Assembly (NCBI GenBank): GCA_963771465.1
Contig: CAVYTU010000017.1
Span: forward strand, 928,001 to 992,000
Direction of reading: 5' to 3'
Origin: an uncultured delta proteobacterium
GTDB taxonomy: Bacteria; Desulfobacterota; Binatia; UBA9968
Length of the DNA: 64,000 bases
Position 1 is the stretch's first letter. Each line of letters opens with the position of its first letter. Shown here piece by piece: positions 49,199-60,897 of this stretch. The position numbers were made by a program, and so were the translations under genes. Below the pieces are notes generated by a model. The model had not been told where the DNA came from and searched no databases. It worked only from the letters and a program-made list of their open reading frames with translations.

Positions 49199-51164
49199 TT
49201 ATTCGGATTCATGCTCGGCGACTTTTCGCATCGGCCAGACGCAGATCAGCGTGCCGAAGATGATCACGAAGCCGCCGATCCACATCCAGATAACCAGCGG
49301 ACGCACCAACACTTTGAGCGTTGCTCGGTTGCGGTCAACTTCGCTGAAGCCGGAGAGAATCAAATAGATGTCTTCACTAAGACTGCTCTGATGCACGGCG
49401 CGGCCGACGGGCGACTCCTGGGTCGGAAAGAATTTCAGCGCGGGCGTGACCACGCCTTCGTCATTGCCATGGTGAAAAACCCGGAAGGCGCCTTCGACGC
49501 GGAAGTGGGTCGGTTGTTGGGAACCTTTGAGACCCTCGAACTGGATGCGGTAGTTGCCGATGATCAAATTATCTTTGACCGCTAAGGTCGCGTCTTTTTC
49601 GCTACTATAGGTCATCGAGCCGGCGATCCCCATCATGATCAAGACGATGCCGAGATGAACGATGAAGCCGCCGTAGCGCCGCTGATTGCGTCGGGTCAGG
49701 GTGACGAGACCGCGCAGGATGCCCTCACCGGCGATGCGCTTGCGCGCGCGCAGAGCGAGCGCCGTGTCGAAAGTGATCGTGCACACCACGAAGGCGAGCA
49801 GCGTAAATCCGAGGAGCGGCAAAAAATCTTTGACTTTCCAGATGAACAGGAACAGGCCGAACCCAAGTGCCGCCGCCGCCGGCCAGAGAAAGTTGCGTTT
49901 CAAGTTGTCCCACGTGGCGCGCCGCCAGGCGATCATCGGACCGACCGCCATGAGAAATACCAAGCATAAAAATAGCGGCACGGTGACGGAGTTGAAATAG
50001 GGCGCGCCGACGCTGACTTGAACGCCGGCGACCGCTTCGGAAATCAGCGGAAAGATCGTGCCGAGGAAAATCGTAAACAGCGCCGATACGAGCACGATGT
50101 TGTTGAGCAAAAACGCCGACTCGCGGCTCACCATGGAGTCGAGCTCGGGTTGTTCCTTCAGCAGGTCGGCGCGGTAGGCGAGCAGACCGAAGGAGCCGAG
50201 CAAGATGAATGCGAGAAAGGCAAGAAAGAACGCCGCCGACAGGCCCGGAGGAAAATGCATGGATCGACGAGATGATACCCGAGCGAGTGAGAAATGTGCC
50301 AAAGATCGTCAGGCTGAAGGCGACGATGATCAGCGACAGATTCCATACCTTAAGCATGCGCCGGCGCTCCTGCACCTGCACGGAATGTAAAAACGCGGTG
50401 GCCGGCAGCCACGGCATGAACGCGGCGTTCTCTACCGGGTCCCAAGCCCAGTAGCCACCCCAGCCAAGCACATGATAGGACCACCAGGCGCCGACGAGAT
50501 TGCCCGCGGTCAGAAAAAACCAGGCGATGATTGTCCAGCGGCGCGTCGTGGTGATCCAGGCTTCGTCGATTTTGCCGACGATTAGCGCCGCCATGGCGAA
50601 CGCAAACGGCACGGTAAGACCGACGAAGCCGGTATAGAGTAGCGGCGGGTGGGTCATCATGTTGGCGTCTTCGAGCAGCGGATTGAGACCGCGGCCGTCG
50701 AGCGGGATGGGCGAAACGATTTCAAAAGGATTGGACAGGAAACCGATGACGCCAAGAAAAAACGCCGAGACGATGGAAAAAATCATCACCACCCAGGGCA
50801 TCATTTCATGGTGGCGATTACGATAGACCCAGGCGACGATGCCGGCGAAGATGATGAGAATCCATTCCCAAAGCAAAAGCGAGCCTTCGAGCGCGCCCCA
50901 AAGTCCGGTGACGCGGTAGTATATCGGCGTGGCGCGGGTGGTGTTGAAAGCGACGTACTTAATCGAGAAATCAGTGGCGACCAGACCATAGATCAGCGCC
51001 ATCGCCGCCACCGTGACCAACGAAAATTGACTGAAGATCGAGTAGCGCGCGACGGCGCGAAAGCGTTCCGCTTCAAAGCGCGCCGCGATCAGCGGACTGG
51101 CGATGCCGGCCAGCGCCGCGACAAAGGCCAACAGGATCGCAGTATGACCGAGAGTTGCGGTCAC
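49199..51164 (-). CDS. ccmF: Heme lyase CcmF; +1 frameshift at ~50236
   Basis: HPPLLY, LGWGGYWAWDPVEN, TRSG..SIHAF; continues FFLAFLAF in the next frame to PLVIWMWIGG. Confidence 0.92.
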
Positions 51165-51604
51165 TTGGCGACGGCTTCCTTGGCGGGAACGAAACTGTTA
51201 TTGGGCGTCTTGCCGTCGGCGTGAGGACTGTAATCTTCGGCGTGTTTGGCCATGATCATGGTTGCTTGAAAGACGCCGTCGCTGCCGACCCGGCCTTCGA
51301 CGACTGCGCCTTTGCCTTCGACGAAAAGGTCCGGCGGCACGCCTTTGAAATAAACCGGAAATGCGGTGTTGCCGTCAGTGAGCTGGAAACGATAGGTGAG
51401 GTTCTGCAAGTCTTTTTGCAGCGAACCTTTGACGACCATGCCGCCCATGCGGACAAACTTGCCTTGCAGCGATTTTTCTTCGGCGCGTAGTTCGGACGGC
51501 ATCTTGAAATAGACCATGGCCTCCTGCAAGCCGCCGTAAATGATGTAGGCCAGCGCGGCGAGAATAATCACTCCGCCGATCAAAAAACGTCTAGATTTTA
51601 TCAT
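51161..51604 (-). CDS. ccmE: Heme chaperone CcmE
   Basis: PDLFVEGKGAVVEG, AKHAEDY. Confidence 0.92.
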   Translation of the reverse strand: MIKSRRFLIGGVIILAALAYIIYGGLQEAMVYFKMPSELRAEEKSLQGKFVRMGGMVVKGSLQKDLQNLTYRFQLTDGNTAFPVYFKGVPPDLFVEGKGAVVEGRVGSDGVFQATMIMAKHAEDYSPHADGKTPNNSFVPAKEAVAK

Positions 51605-51746
51605 CGCTGCCTATTATCTCCGAAGATCTCAGCCGATCAAGCTCCGCTTCAGCTTGCCGATAGCGGCGCTTCAAGAACAACCAGTACACGACGATGGTGC
51701 CGCAAACAATTCCATAGGCCAATGAAACAAATCCCCAAGCTCCCAT
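51591..51746 (-). CDS. ccmD: CcmD-like small membrane protein (51 aa)
   Basis: MGAWGFVSLAYGIVCGTIVVYWLFLKRRYRQ...; between ccmC and ccmE with overlapping boundaries. Confidence 0.75.
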   Translation of the reverse strand: MGAWGFVSLAYGIVCGTIVVYWLFLKRRYRQAEAELDRLRSSEIIGSDDKI

Positions 51747-52442
51747 CAAGCACCTCGCTCCAGACGCAGCGCTTTAATCTCCTGGCGCATCTCGCCGACT
51801 CGATAGCGCAGCGACAGCAGGTAGAAGTAGAGCAGCAAGAAGCCGACGAAACTGATCGTCAGCGCGGTCAACATGGCCGGATGGACATTTTCCCACGGCG
51901 CCTTATCCGGCCGCAGAATCGACGGCGGTTGATGTAAAGTGCGCCACCAATAGACCGACATGTGAATCAGCGGGATGTCGAGAAAACCGATAATGCCGAG
52001 AATCGCCGCGGCTGAAGCGGCGCGATTTTCATCTTCGATCAACGATCGCAGCATCAAATATCCGGCGTAGATGAGCAGCAGGATCGCCGTGAGGGTCAAG
52101 CGCGCATCCCACGTCCACCAGACTCCCCAGGTCGGGTTTGCCCCAGATCGATCCTTCGATAATCGTCAGCGCGGTGAAAAGTACGCCCAGCTCGGCGGCG
52201 GCATGCGCGAGCAGGTCATCGCGCTTTTCGCGTTTCCACAAATACATGCCGCTGCCGATGAAGACTAAGAAATAGGATAGATAGGCAGTCAGGATGCTCG
52301 GCAGATGAAGATACATGATGCGTTGGACTTCGCCCTGATAAGCATCGGGCGGCGCGACGGCCAAGCTCCAGTAAAGCCCAATCGCGACCGCCACCAGTGC
52401 TAGGCCGCCGAGAATGCCTTTACGCTTCTTCGATTGAGTCAT
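51746..52442 (-). CDS. ccmC: Heme exporter CcmC; +1 frameshift at ~52135
   Basis: RIMYLHLP, WGKP|TWGVWWTWDARLT split by an extra C, WWRTLHQ. Confidence 0.92.
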
Positions 52443-52449
52443 CTGCCCA

Positions 52450-53127
52450 TCAGCTTTCAATCACCCAGTCGAAGATCAAAACTCCCACGGTTATGAATAT
52501 CACGTCGAAGCCGACCAGCAGCTTCAGCCACGACACCGCCTCGCCGAACTCGCCGTGCCTCAGGACGCTTTCCATACAACGAATGGTGGCGAGGATAACT
52601 GGAATCATCAATGGGAACAATACTAGCGGCAACAGTAACTCGCGCGCTCGGGCGCGCAAGGTGAGCGCTGACATGATCGTGCCGAGAACGCAAAAGCCGA
52701 TGGTGCCAAGTAAAGTAACCAGAAAAAGTTGCGGGAGCAAATTCCAAGCGGATAAATTAAACAAAATCCAAAACAGCGGCATGACGACGAGCTCGACGAG
52801 CAGCATCAGGATCAAGTTGAAACTCGTTTTGGCGAGAAACAGCGCGCCGCGGTCAAGCGGCGAAAGCAGCAGGGCGTCGAGACAATGGTTCTCGCGTTCG
52901 GCTTGAAACAGTTGCGCCAGCCCGAGGGTTCCGGTGAACAAAAACGCCAGCCAAAGCAGCGCCGGCGCCATCTCGGCGATTTTATCCGGCGCCAGATCGA
53001 AGGAAAAGTGAAAGACAAAGAGGAGCAGCGTGCCAAAGAAAAACATCGTCAACAGACTGTCACGCCGGCGCAGCTCCAAGAGCAGGTCCTTGCACAGCAG
53101 TAGATAGGTTTGCTTTAGGAGAGCCAT
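52450..53127 (-). CDS. ccmB: Heme exporter CcmB
   Basis: KDLLLELR, LLLPLVLFPLMIPV. Confidence 0.92.
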   Translation of the reverse strand: MALLKQTYLLLCKDLLLELRRRDSLLTMFFFGTLLLFVFHFSFDLAPDKIAEMAPALLWLAFLFTGTLGLAQLFQAERENHCLDALLLSPLDRGALFLAKTSFNLILMLLVELVVMPLFWILFNLSAWNLLPQLFLVTLLGTIGFCVLGTIMSALTLRARARELLLPLVLFPLMIPVILATIRCMESVLRHGEFGEAVSWLKLLVGFDVIFITVGVLIFDWVIES

Positions 53128-53831
53128 GACTCTCCATGGGGCAGAAACTCGCCGAAGGCTTGAGCAAAGGTCGGCCAAGGCTGCTGTTTCGCTTCATCGA
53201 AGGTCAATTTTCCCTGATGCAAAATCATCGCACGGTTGCAAAGGTTAAGGGCACGGGAAACATGGTGCGAGGCCATGATCACGATGTGCCCCTGTTGGCA
53301 ATGAGAGCGAAGAAAACCCTCTAACAAATCGACGCCGTTGCCGTCGAGCACGCCGTAGGGTTCATCGAGCAGGAGCAGGCCTGGCTGCAAGAGTTGCCAT
53401 TTGGCGATGGACACGCGGCATTTCAGGCCGCTGGAAAGATTGGCGACGAATTCGTCCCGCCGCTGGGCGAGGCCGACGGCTTCGAGCGCTGATTCGATGC
53501 TCGTCGCACGATCGTTGCGCTCATAGAGCGACGTGAAGAAGCGCAGGTTTTCCCAAACGGTCAGGTTCTCGTAGAGATGATCCGAAGGCGCCAGAAAGCC
53601 GATTTGCCGGCGTGCCGCGGGATTGCTCGCGGCCATGGTTGCGCCGTCGACGAGTATCGATCCCGTTGTCGGCGCGATCATGCCGGCGAGGAGTTTTAGC
53701 AGTGTCGTTTTGCCGGCGCCGTTTGGACCAAGCAGCGCGACGAATGCGCCTGACGGGAGATCGAGATTGAGATCTCTGAGCGCCCACAAAAAGCCATAAG
53801 CTTTGGCGAGTTTATTGATGGTCAAGCGCAA
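53115..53831 (-). CDS. ccmA: Heme ABC exporter ATPase CcmA
   Basis: GPNGAGKT, LSSG, LLLDEPY. Confidence 0.9.
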   Translation of the reverse strand: MRLTINKLAKAYGFLWALRDLNLDLPSGAFVALLGPNGAGKTTLLKLLAGMIAPTTGSILVDGATMAASNPAARRQIGFLAPSDHLYENLTVWENLRFFTSLYERNDRATSIESALEAVGLAQRRDEFVANLSSGLKCRVSIAKWQLLQPGLLLLDEPYGVLDGNGVDLLEGFLRSHCQQGHIVIMASHHVSRALNLCNRAMILHQGKLTFDEAKQQPWPTFAQAFGEFLPHGESWLS

Positions 53832-54013
53832 GAGTGCGGTTCGCTTTCCTTCATCGAAAGGAGCTTAGCGTTGAGTCGATCGACTATAGTGAGCGATCTT
53901 TGTGGATTCAAGCGCGACTTCGGTTTGCTAATTTGTTAGCGTTTGATTGACATTAATACCGCATCTCTCCTATTTTGGTTTGGCTACATTCGGTTTTCGC
54001 TGAGGAGGAATCG

Positions 54014-54688
54014 ATGAATCCCGTCGTTACGGTCACCGGCTTTTGGGATGCGTTTATCACCAAGATCGCGGTGTTTTTGCCCAATTTATTTTTCGCCATC
54101 GCGATCATTCTGCTCGGCTGGGTGATTTGTAATGTGATCAAGCGCATTGTCGTGCGCGTGTTAAAGCTTTGCCAGTTCGATATTTTGGCGGAGCGCGCCG
54201 GCATCAAGCAGATTCTTGACCGCGGCGGTATCCGCCAATCGGCATCGGATATTGTCGGTCTATTGGTTTTCTGGTTTCTGTTTCTTATCGCGATCGTGAC
54301 AACCTTGGAAACGCTCAATTTGAGCGGCGCCACCGATACCCTGCACACGATCTATTTATACATTCCCAAGATCGTTGCCGCCCTGGTGACGCTGATCCTC
54401 GGCCTTTACTTCGCCAACTTCCTTGAGTCCGTCACGCGGACTTCCTGCGCCAACGCCGGCTTGGAGCAGGCCAGTTCCATCGGCCGCGCGGCTTACATCG
54501 CGGCCGCGATATTTGTCGTTGCCGGTATCTTCGAGATTCTCGATATCGCCTCAGAGATAGTCATCTGGGCGTTTATTTTGGTCTTTGGCGCGGCTTGTTT
54601 GGCGCTCGCTTTGGCCTTCGGCTTGGGCGGCCGAGACGTCGCCGGACGCTTCCTGGAAAGATGGTTAGAGCAGAAGAAAAGCGAATAG
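54014..54688 (+). CDS. CmpX-like / mechanosensitive channel TM-helix protein
   Basis: FLPNLFFAIAIILLGW, YIPKIVAAL, LAFGLGGRD. Confidence 0.8.
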   Translation: MNPVVTVTGFWDAFITKIAVFLPNLFFAIAIILLGWVICNVIKRIVVRVLKLCQFDILAERAGIKQILDRGGIRQSASDIVGLLVFWFLFLIAIVTTLETLNLSGATDTLHTIYLYIPKIVAALVTLILGLYFANFLESVTRTSCANAGLEQASSIGRAAYIAAAIFVVAGIFEILDIASEIVIWAFILVFGAACLALALAFGLGGRDVAGRFLERWLEQKKSE

Positions 54689-54749
54689 TTAGGTACCTTG
54701 ACTCGCAGTAGGTAATCAGTTAATTTCGACGAGTTCAAAATTCAACCAT

Positions 54750-54802
54750 CAAAAATAGCCTAAGGCGCGGCAAATTCTGTGGACGCCCTTAGGCTATTTT
54801 TG
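54750..54802. terminator. 16-bp perfect inverted repeat (terminator-like hairpin) upstream of icd
   Basis: CAAAAATAGCCTAAGG-N21-CCTTAGGCTATTTTTG. Confidence 0.55.
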
Positions 54803-54816
54803 CACGTGAGGAGAAT

Positions 54817-56223
54817 ATGGCAGATTACAAAGTGGTAAAAGTCCCGAAGGACGGCGCTAAGATCACCCTGGGGGCGAACAAAAAGCTAAGCGTTCCCGAC
54901 AATCCGATCATTCCTTTCATCGAAGGCGACGGCACCGGCCGCGATATTTGGCGTGCCTCGGTAAAGGTCTTCGATGCCGCGGTGCAGAAAGCCTATGCCG
55001 GCAAGAAGAAAATTCACTGGATGGAAGTCTATGCCGGTGAGAAATCCTTCAAGCAGTACAAAAGCTGGCTGCACGAAGAAACCGTGCCGGCATTTACAGA
55101 ATTTCTTGTCGGTATCAAAGGGCCACTGACCACGCCCATCGGTGGCGGTATGACATCACTAAACGTCGGACTGCGTAAGTTGCTCGATCTCTACGTCTGC
55201 CTGCGGCCCGTGCGTTACTTCAACGGTGTGCCTTCCCCGGTGAAGCATCCTGAATTTGTCGATATGGTGGTTTTCCGCGAAAACACCGAGGACATTTATA
55301 CCGGTATCGAGTTCCCCAACGGGACTGAGGCCAGCGCAAAGTTCAAATCAGTGCTCAAAGAGAATTTTCCCAAAGAATTTGCCAAGATTCGCTTTCCGAA
55401 TACGGCCTCTATCGGCTTGAAACCGGTTTCCGTCGAAGGGACGGAACGGTTGGTGCGTGCGGCGATTCAATGGGCGTTGACCAACAAGCGCAAGAACATC
55501 AATTTCGTCCACAAGGGCAACATCATGAAATACACCGAGGGCTCATTCATGGAATGGGGCTACGCCCTCGCCAAGCGCGAATTTCGCAACGACGTGATTG
55601 CCGAGCGCGAGTCGTGGATCTTGGGCAATAAAGAAGGCAACCCGAACATCAGTGTTGAAGATAACGCCAAAGCAATCGATCCCGGTTTCGAAATGATGTC
55701 GCCGGATCAGCAGAATGACATCAAAAAAGAAGTGGAAGAAGCCCTCAAACTCTGGCCAAGCCACGGTGACGGCAAGTGGAAAAAGAAACTAATGCTCAAA
55801 GACTCCATCGCTGACGTGACCTTGCAGTTCGTGCTTATTCGGCCCAAGGATTACGATGTCATCGCCACCATGAATTTAAACGGCGATTATCTATCGGACG
55901 CTCTGGCGGCGCAGGTTGGTGGCATCGGCATCGCGCCGGGCGCCAATATTAACTACGAGACCGGTCACGCGGTGTTCGAAGCCACCCACGGCACCGCGCC
56001 GAAGTATGCTGATTTGGACAAGGTCAATCCAGGCTCGGTAATCCTCTCCGGGGAAATGATGCTTCGTTATATGGGCTGGGGTGAAGCTGCCGACTTGATC
56101 ATCAAAGGCATCGAAGGCGCGGTCAACGATAAAACCGTGACCTACGACTTCGAACGATTGATGCCGGGCTCGAAGCTGGTTAGCTGTTCGGGTTTCGGCG
56201 ACGCGATTATTTCCAATATGTAA
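54817..56223 (+). CDS. icd: NADP-dependent isocitrate dehydrogenase
   Basis: [40 protein letters not shown]. Confidence 0.97.
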   Translation: MADYKVVKVPKDGAKITLGANKKLSVPDNPIIPFIEGDGTGRDIWRASVKVFDAAVQKAYAGKKKIHWMEVYAGEKSFKQYKSWLHEETVPAFTEFLVGIKGPLTTPIGGGMTSLNVGLRKLLDLYVCLRPVRYFNGVPSPVKHPEFVDMVVFRENTEDIYTGIEFPNGTEASAKFKSVLKENFPKEFAKIRFPNTASIGLKPVSVEGTERLVRAAIQWALTNKRKNINFVHKGNIMKYTEGSFMEWGYALAKREFRNDVIAERESWILGNKEGNPNISVEDNAKAIDPGFEMMSPDQQNDIKKEVEEALKLWPSHGDGKWKKKLMLKDSIADVTLQFVLIRPKDYDVIATMNLNGDYLSDALAAQVGGIGIAPGANINYETGHAVFEATHGTAPKYADLDKVNPGSVILSGEMMLRYMGWGEAADLIIKGIEGAVNDKTVTYDFERLMPGSKLVSCSGFGDAIISNM

Positions 56224-56244
56224 ATTCTCGAAGAGGGTAAAGTC

Positions 56245-57189
56245 GTGGCTAGGAAAAAGCTTGCATTAATCGGTGCCGGAAACATCGGCGGGTCGATGGC
56301 GCATTTAGCCCTATTGAAGGGTCTTGGCGACGTGATTTTGTTCGACGTCGTCGAAGGACTGCCTCAGGGAAAGGCTTTAGATTTATCCCACGCCGGGCCG
56401 GTCGAAGGCTTCGACGGCAATGTCATCGGTACCAACAAATATGATGATATCGCCGGCGCCGATGTTTGCATCGTCACCGCAGGCATCGCCCGCAAACCGG
56501 GCATGAGCCGGGACGATCTGCTCGGCACCAACGCCAAAATTCTATCTTCCGTCGCGGACGGGATTAAGAAGCACGCGCCGAATTCCTTTGTCATCGTAAT
56601 TACCAATCCCTTGGATGCGATGGTGACGTTGATGCAGCGCGCTCTCGGTTTCCCAAAATATCGCGTGGTCGGCCAATCGGGAATTCTCGATTCCTCGCGC
56701 TACCGTTCCTTCATTGCCAAAGAGCTCAATGTGTCGGTAAGGAGCGTGCAGGCCATAGTCTTGGGCGGCCATGGAGATGACATGGTGCCGGTGCGGAGTT
56801 CGTCTAGCGTCGGCGGCGTCCCGGTGGAAAAGCTAATTGCCTCCAATCGGCTCGATGAGATCGAAGCGCGGGTACGCAACGCCGGCGGCGAAGTGGTCGC
56901 TCTGTTAAAAACCGGTTCTGCGTATTTTTCGCCGGCATCGGCCGCGATTCAAATGACCGAAGCGTTTCTGTTCGACAAGAAAGAAATACTTCCCTGCGCG
57001 GCGCTGCTTGAAGGTGAGTATGGCGTCACGGGTTATTATTTTTGCGTGCCTGTTATAATTGGCGCGGGCGGCGTGGAAAAGATCATTGACATTAATTTGA
57101 ACGCGGGCGACAAAAAGGCGTTCGATGAGTCGCTCAATCACGTCAAAGATATCGTCCAAGCCATGGACCGAGTGTTGAGCGCTAAGTAA
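56245..57189 (+). CDS. mdh: Malate dehydrogenase (LDH-like)
   Basis: [26 protein letters not shown]. Confidence 0.96.
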   Translation: MARKKLALIGAGNIGGSMAHLALLKGLGDVILFDVVEGLPQGKALDLSHAGPVEGFDGNVIGTNKYDDIAGADVCIVTAGIARKPGMSRDDLLGTNAKILSSVADGIKKHAPNSFVIVITNPLDAMVTLMQRALGFPKYRVVGQSGILDSSRYRSFIAKELNVSVRSVQAIVLGGHGDDMVPVRSSSSVGGVPVEKLIASNRLDEIEARVRNAGGEVVALLKTGSAYFSPASAAIQMTEAFLFDKKEILPCAALLEGEYGVTGYYFCVPVIIGAGGVEKIIDINLNAGDKKAFDESLNHVKDIVQAMDRVLSAK

Positions 57190-57250
57190 CCAGCGAAAAG
57201 TCGGCGCTAGGGCTTCAATCCGAAGCTCAATTCCATATTTCCGTTCCTCA

Positions 57251-58414
57251 ATGAATATTCACGAGTTTCAGGCGAAGGAGATCTTAAAACGCTTCGGCGT
57301 GATGGTGCCACGCGGCATCGTTGCGACGACGCCTGAGCAAGTAAAAGCCGCGGCGTTGGAACTCGGCGGCGGCGTGTGCGTGGTTAAGGCGCAGATTCAT
57401 GCCGGCGGGCGCGGCAAGGGCGGTGGGGTTAAGGTTGTCAAGAATGCCGATGAAGCCGTAGCGCGGGCGCGCGAGATACTCGGTAAGAATCTTGTCACCC
57501 ATCAGACCGGCCCGGAGGGCCGGCGGGTACGTCGCTTGCTGGTCGAGGAAGGGCTTAATATCGCCCGCGAACTGTATCTTGCCATGGTGCTCGATCGTGC
57601 CCAATCGCAAGTAACGGTCATTTGTTCCTCGGAAGGCGGGGTTGAGATCGAAGAAGTCGCCGAGAAACATCCTGAAAAGATCTTAAAAGAAGCCATCGAT
57701 CCGGTGATCGGTTTAGCGCCGTTCCAATGCCGTCGGGTGGCTGTAGCCTTGGCCATTCCAGCCGGGCTTACCGGCAAATTCGTCGCTGTGATGCAATCGC
57801 TGTATCGCGCCTTCGAGGAGTGTGACGCTTCGCTGGCCGAAATCAATCCTTTGATTATCACCCAAGAAGGCCACCTCCTGGCGCTCGACGCCAAAATGAA
57901 CTTCGACAGCAACGCGTTTTTTCGCCAGAAAGACATTGTCGCGTTGCGCGATTTCGACGAAGAAGATGCGCGCGAGGTTGAGGCGGGCAAGTACGACCTC
58001 GCTTATATTTCCCTCGACGGTAATATTGCGTGCATGGTGAACGGCGCCGGTTTGGCAATGGCGACCATGGATATCATCAAGCTCTATGGCGGCGAGCCGG
58101 CCAACTTCCTCGATGTCGGGGGCGGCGCGGACAAAGAAACCGTGTCTCAGGCATTTAGAATTCTCCTCGCCGACGCGCGGGTGCGCGGCCTACTGATCAA
58201 TATCTTCGGCGGCATCATGCGCTGTGACGTGCTCGCACAGGGCGTCGTCGATGCTGCGCGCGAGCTGCAAATTACCGTTCCCCTGGTCGTACGCATGCAA
58301 GGCACCAATGTCGCGCAGGGAAGAAAAATCTTAGCCGATTCAGGTCTGACGATTATCTCCGCCGAAACGATGTCGGACGCAGCTGAGAAAATCGTCAAGG
58401 CGGTTAAAAATTAA
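57251..58414 (+). CDS. sucC: Succinyl-CoA synthetase beta subunit
   Basis: [30 protein letters not shown]. Confidence 0.97.
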   Translation: MNIHEFQAKEILKRFGVMVPRGIVATTPEQVKAAALELGGGVCVVKAQIHAGGRGKGGGVKVVKNADEAVARAREILGKNLVTHQTGPEGRRVRRLLVEEGLNIARELYLAMVLDRAQSQVTVICSSEGGVEIEEVAEKHPEKILKEAIDPVIGLAPFQCRRVAVALAIPAGLTGKFVAVMQSLYRAFEECDASLAEINPLIITQEGHLLALDAKMNFDSNAFFRQKDIVALRDFDEEDAREVEAGKYDLAYISLDGNIACMVNGAGLAMATMDIIKLYGGEPANFLDVGGGADKETVSQAFRILLADARVRGLLINIFGGIMRCDVLAQGVVDAARELQITVPLVVRMQGTNVAQGRKILADSGLTIISAETMSDAAEKIVKAVKN

Positions 58415-58494
58415 AAATGGAAAAATTAAAAATTATCAAAAGAGATTACATTTTTAAATTTGCCCTTGTAATTTTTGATTGAAGTCGGAAGTTC

Positions 58495-59367
58495 ATGTCC
58501 ATCTTAGTCAACAAATCGACCCGTGTTTTGACCCAGGGCATCACTGGCGCCACGGGTCAGTTTCACACCAGAGCGTGCAAGGAATACGGCACGCAGATGG
58601 TTGGCGGCGTGACACCGGGAAAAGGCGGCACGACCTTCGAAGCGATTCCCATCTTCGAAACGGTGGCGCGCGCGGTGAAAGAGACCGGCGCCAACGCCAC
58701 GGTAATCTACGTGCCGCCGCCATTTGCCGCTGACGCGATTTTAGAAGCTGCGGATGCCGATATTCCGCTGATTATCTGCATCACCGAAGGCGTGCCGGTA
58801 CGCGACATGGTCAAGGTGAAGCGCTACTTCGCCGGTAGAAAGTCGCAGCTACTCGGTCCCAACTGCCCAGGTACGATCACTCCGGGCGAGTGTAAGATCG
58901 GCATTATGCCGGGCCATATTCATAAGCAGGGAACGATCGGTGTGGTCTCGCGCAGCGGCACGTTAACCTACGAAGCGGTCGACCAGCTAACCCGGTTGGG
59001 ATTGGGGCAGTCCACTTGTGTCGGCATCGGCGGCGACCCAGTGCATGGTTTCGAATTTGTCGATGTACTAAAAATGTTCAACGAGGATCCAAATACGGAA
59101 GCGGTGGTGCTGATCGGCGAGATCGGCGGCAGCGCCGAAGAAGAAGCCGCCGCGTGGATCAAAGCCAATATGAAAAAACCGGTGGCGGGCTTTATCGCCG
59201 GACAGACGGCGCCGCCGGGAAAAAGAATGGGGCATGCGGGCGCGATCATCTCCGGCGGCAAGGGGACGGCGAAGGAAAAGATCGAAGCGATGAAACAGGC
59301 TGGTATCCGCATGGCGTCATCGCCGGCGACCATCGGTCAAACGATGCAGGAGGCGTTAGCAAAGTAA
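58495..59367 (+). CDS. sucD: Succinyl-CoA synthetase alpha subunit
   Basis: [22 protein letters not shown]. Confidence 0.97.
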   Translation: MSILVNKSTRVLTQGITGATGQFHTRACKEYGTQMVGGVTPGKGGTTFEAIPIFETVARAVKETGANATVIYVPPPFAADAILEAADADIPLIICITEGVPVRDMVKVKRYFAGRKSQLLGPNCPGTITPGECKIGIMPGHIHKQGTIGVVSRSGTLTYEAVDQLTRLGLGQSTCVGIGGDPVHGFEFVDVLKMFNEDPNTEAVVLIGEIGGSAEEEAAAWIKANMKKPVAGFIAGQTAPPGKRMGHAGAIISGGKGTAKEKIEAMKQAGIRMASSPATIGQTMQEALAK

Positions 59368-59786
59368 TGGCTGTAGAAAGAACTTTATCGATCGTCAAAC
59401 CGGATGCGGTGGGAAGAAATCTCATCGGCGAGATTCTTAGGAAGTTTGAAGCTGCGGGACTTAGAATTGCGGCAGGGAAATTGATTCGGCTCACTCCCGA
59501 GCGCGCCCAGGGGTTTTACGCGGTTCACAAAGCGCGGCCATTTTTTCACGGCCTGTGTGAATATATGTCCTCCGGTGCGATATTTGTTTCGGTGTTGGAG
59601 GGTGAGAATGCCATCGCGAAAAACCGTGAAGTCATGGGCGCCACCGATCCGGCAAAAGCGGCCGCCGGGACGATCCGCAAAGAGTTCGGCAAGGACATCG
59701 AACAAAACGCGGTGCATGGCTCAGATGCTCCCGACACCGCGGCTACGGAAATCGCTTTTTTCTTTAAGCCCGACGAGATTCTTTAG
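59367..59786 (+). CDS. ndk: Nucleoside-diphosphate kinase
   Basis: [19 protein letters not shown]. Confidence 0.96.
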   Translation: MAVERTLSIVKPDAVGRNLIGEILRKFEAAGLRIAAGKLIRLTPERAQGFYAVHKARPFFHGLCEYMSSGAIFVSVLEGENAIAKNREVMGATDPAKAAAGTIRKEFGKDIEQNAVHGSDAPDTAATEIAFFFKPDEIL

Positions 59787-59823
59787 CTCCAAGCTGATTT
59801 CACTTTTCTACCGGTAAAGCGCA

Positions 59824-60891
59824 GTGAAGCCCAATATCAAAGATTTGAGCTTCAGCGAGTTCTCGACATTTATCGCCGAGCGAAAGCATACGGCCTATCG
59901 GGCCAAACAGGTTTGGCAGTGGCTGTTTCAAAAGCGCGCTCGGGAATTCGCCGAGATGAGCAACCTGTCGCGCAAGTTACGCGATGAGTTGGAGCAACAT
60001 TTCTCTATCAGCGGTCTCGCCGTTCTGCGCCGAAACGAGTCGCGCGACGGCACGGTCAAGTTTCTCTTTGGCCTCGCCGACGGGCAAAGCATCGAGAGCG
60101 TGCTTATTCCGGAAACTAAACGGCTGACACTTTGTATTTCGACCCAAGTCGGGTGCGCTTACGGGTGCGCGTTTTGCGCCACAGCGCTGCTCGGTTTCAA
60201 AAGAAATTTGCGTGCCAGCGAGATCGTCGATCAGATTATTGAGGCTAGCCGCGAGCCGGCTGCGGCCAAGGGGATTAGCAATATCGTTTTGATGGGAATG
60301 GGTGAACCGCTGGCCAATTACGCCAATACTTTACGCGCCATCGAGATCATGACCGATGCCAGTTGGGGCTTAGGCATCGCGCCGCGCCGGGTGACCTTGT
60401 CGACCGTCGGCCTGATTCCGCAAATCGAAAAACTCATGGCGGAAACCAACGTTAGTTTGGCGATCTCGCTGCACGCCGCGACCGAAGAGTTGCGTGGTCG
60501 CTTGATGCCGGTGAATCGAAAATATTCGCTCCAACAACTAATGGACTGCTGCCGAAACTTGCCGCTGCCGCGGCGCAAGCGGATTACCTTCGAATATGTG
60601 TTGCTGCGCGGCGTCAATGATTCGCTGGCGGACGCGATGGCGCTCTGCCGCGTGCTCCGCGGCGTGCCGAGTAAAGTGAACGTGATTCCCTTCAATCCCC
60701 ATCCCGAAAGCGAGTTCGAGCGGCCGGCCGATGAGTCGGTCAAACGTTTCCAACAAGTGCTCTTTGATCATAAGATTCAGGTCAACGTGCGCCGGCCGCG
60801 CGGCGACGACATCGCCGCGGCCTGCGGGCAGCTGCAGGGGCAGGCGGAAGGGCGCTGGCGGGAATCATCGGCACAGATCGGGACTGGTTAG
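59824..60891 (+). CDS. rlmN: 23S rRNA m2A2503 methyltransferase RlmN
   Basis: CISTQVGCAYGCAFC, MGMGEP, ISLHA, AACGQL. Confidence 0.95.
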   Translation: MKPNIKDLSFSEFSTFIAERKHTAYRAKQVWQWLFQKRAREFAEMSNLSRKLRDELEQHFSISGLAVLRRNESRDGTVKFLFGLADGQSIESVLIPETKRLTLCISTQVGCAYGCAFCATALLGFKRNLRASEIVDQIIEASREPAAAKGISNIVLMGMGEPLANYANTLRAIEIMTDASWGLGIAPRRVTLSTVGLIPQIEKLMAETNVSLAISLHAATEELRGRLMPVNRKYSLQQLMDCCRNLPLPRRKRITFEYVLLRGVNDSLADAMALCRVLRGVPSKVNVIPFNPHPESEFERPADESVKRFQQVLFDHKIQVNVRRPRGDDIAAACGQLQGQAEGRWRESSAQIGTG

Positions 60892-60897
60892 ATCATC

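Noticed and set aside
49199-52442. Programmed frameshifting or pseudogenisation of ccmF and ccmC
   Set aside because: No slippery heptamer, and similar single indels occur in unrelated genes, so consensus error is more parsimonious.
59016-59366. N-terminal extension of ndk (also of pfkB at 61653 and GT2 at 62611)
   Set aside because: Overlaps the upstream gene in another frame; family-typical starts exist at 59367, 61755 and 62665.
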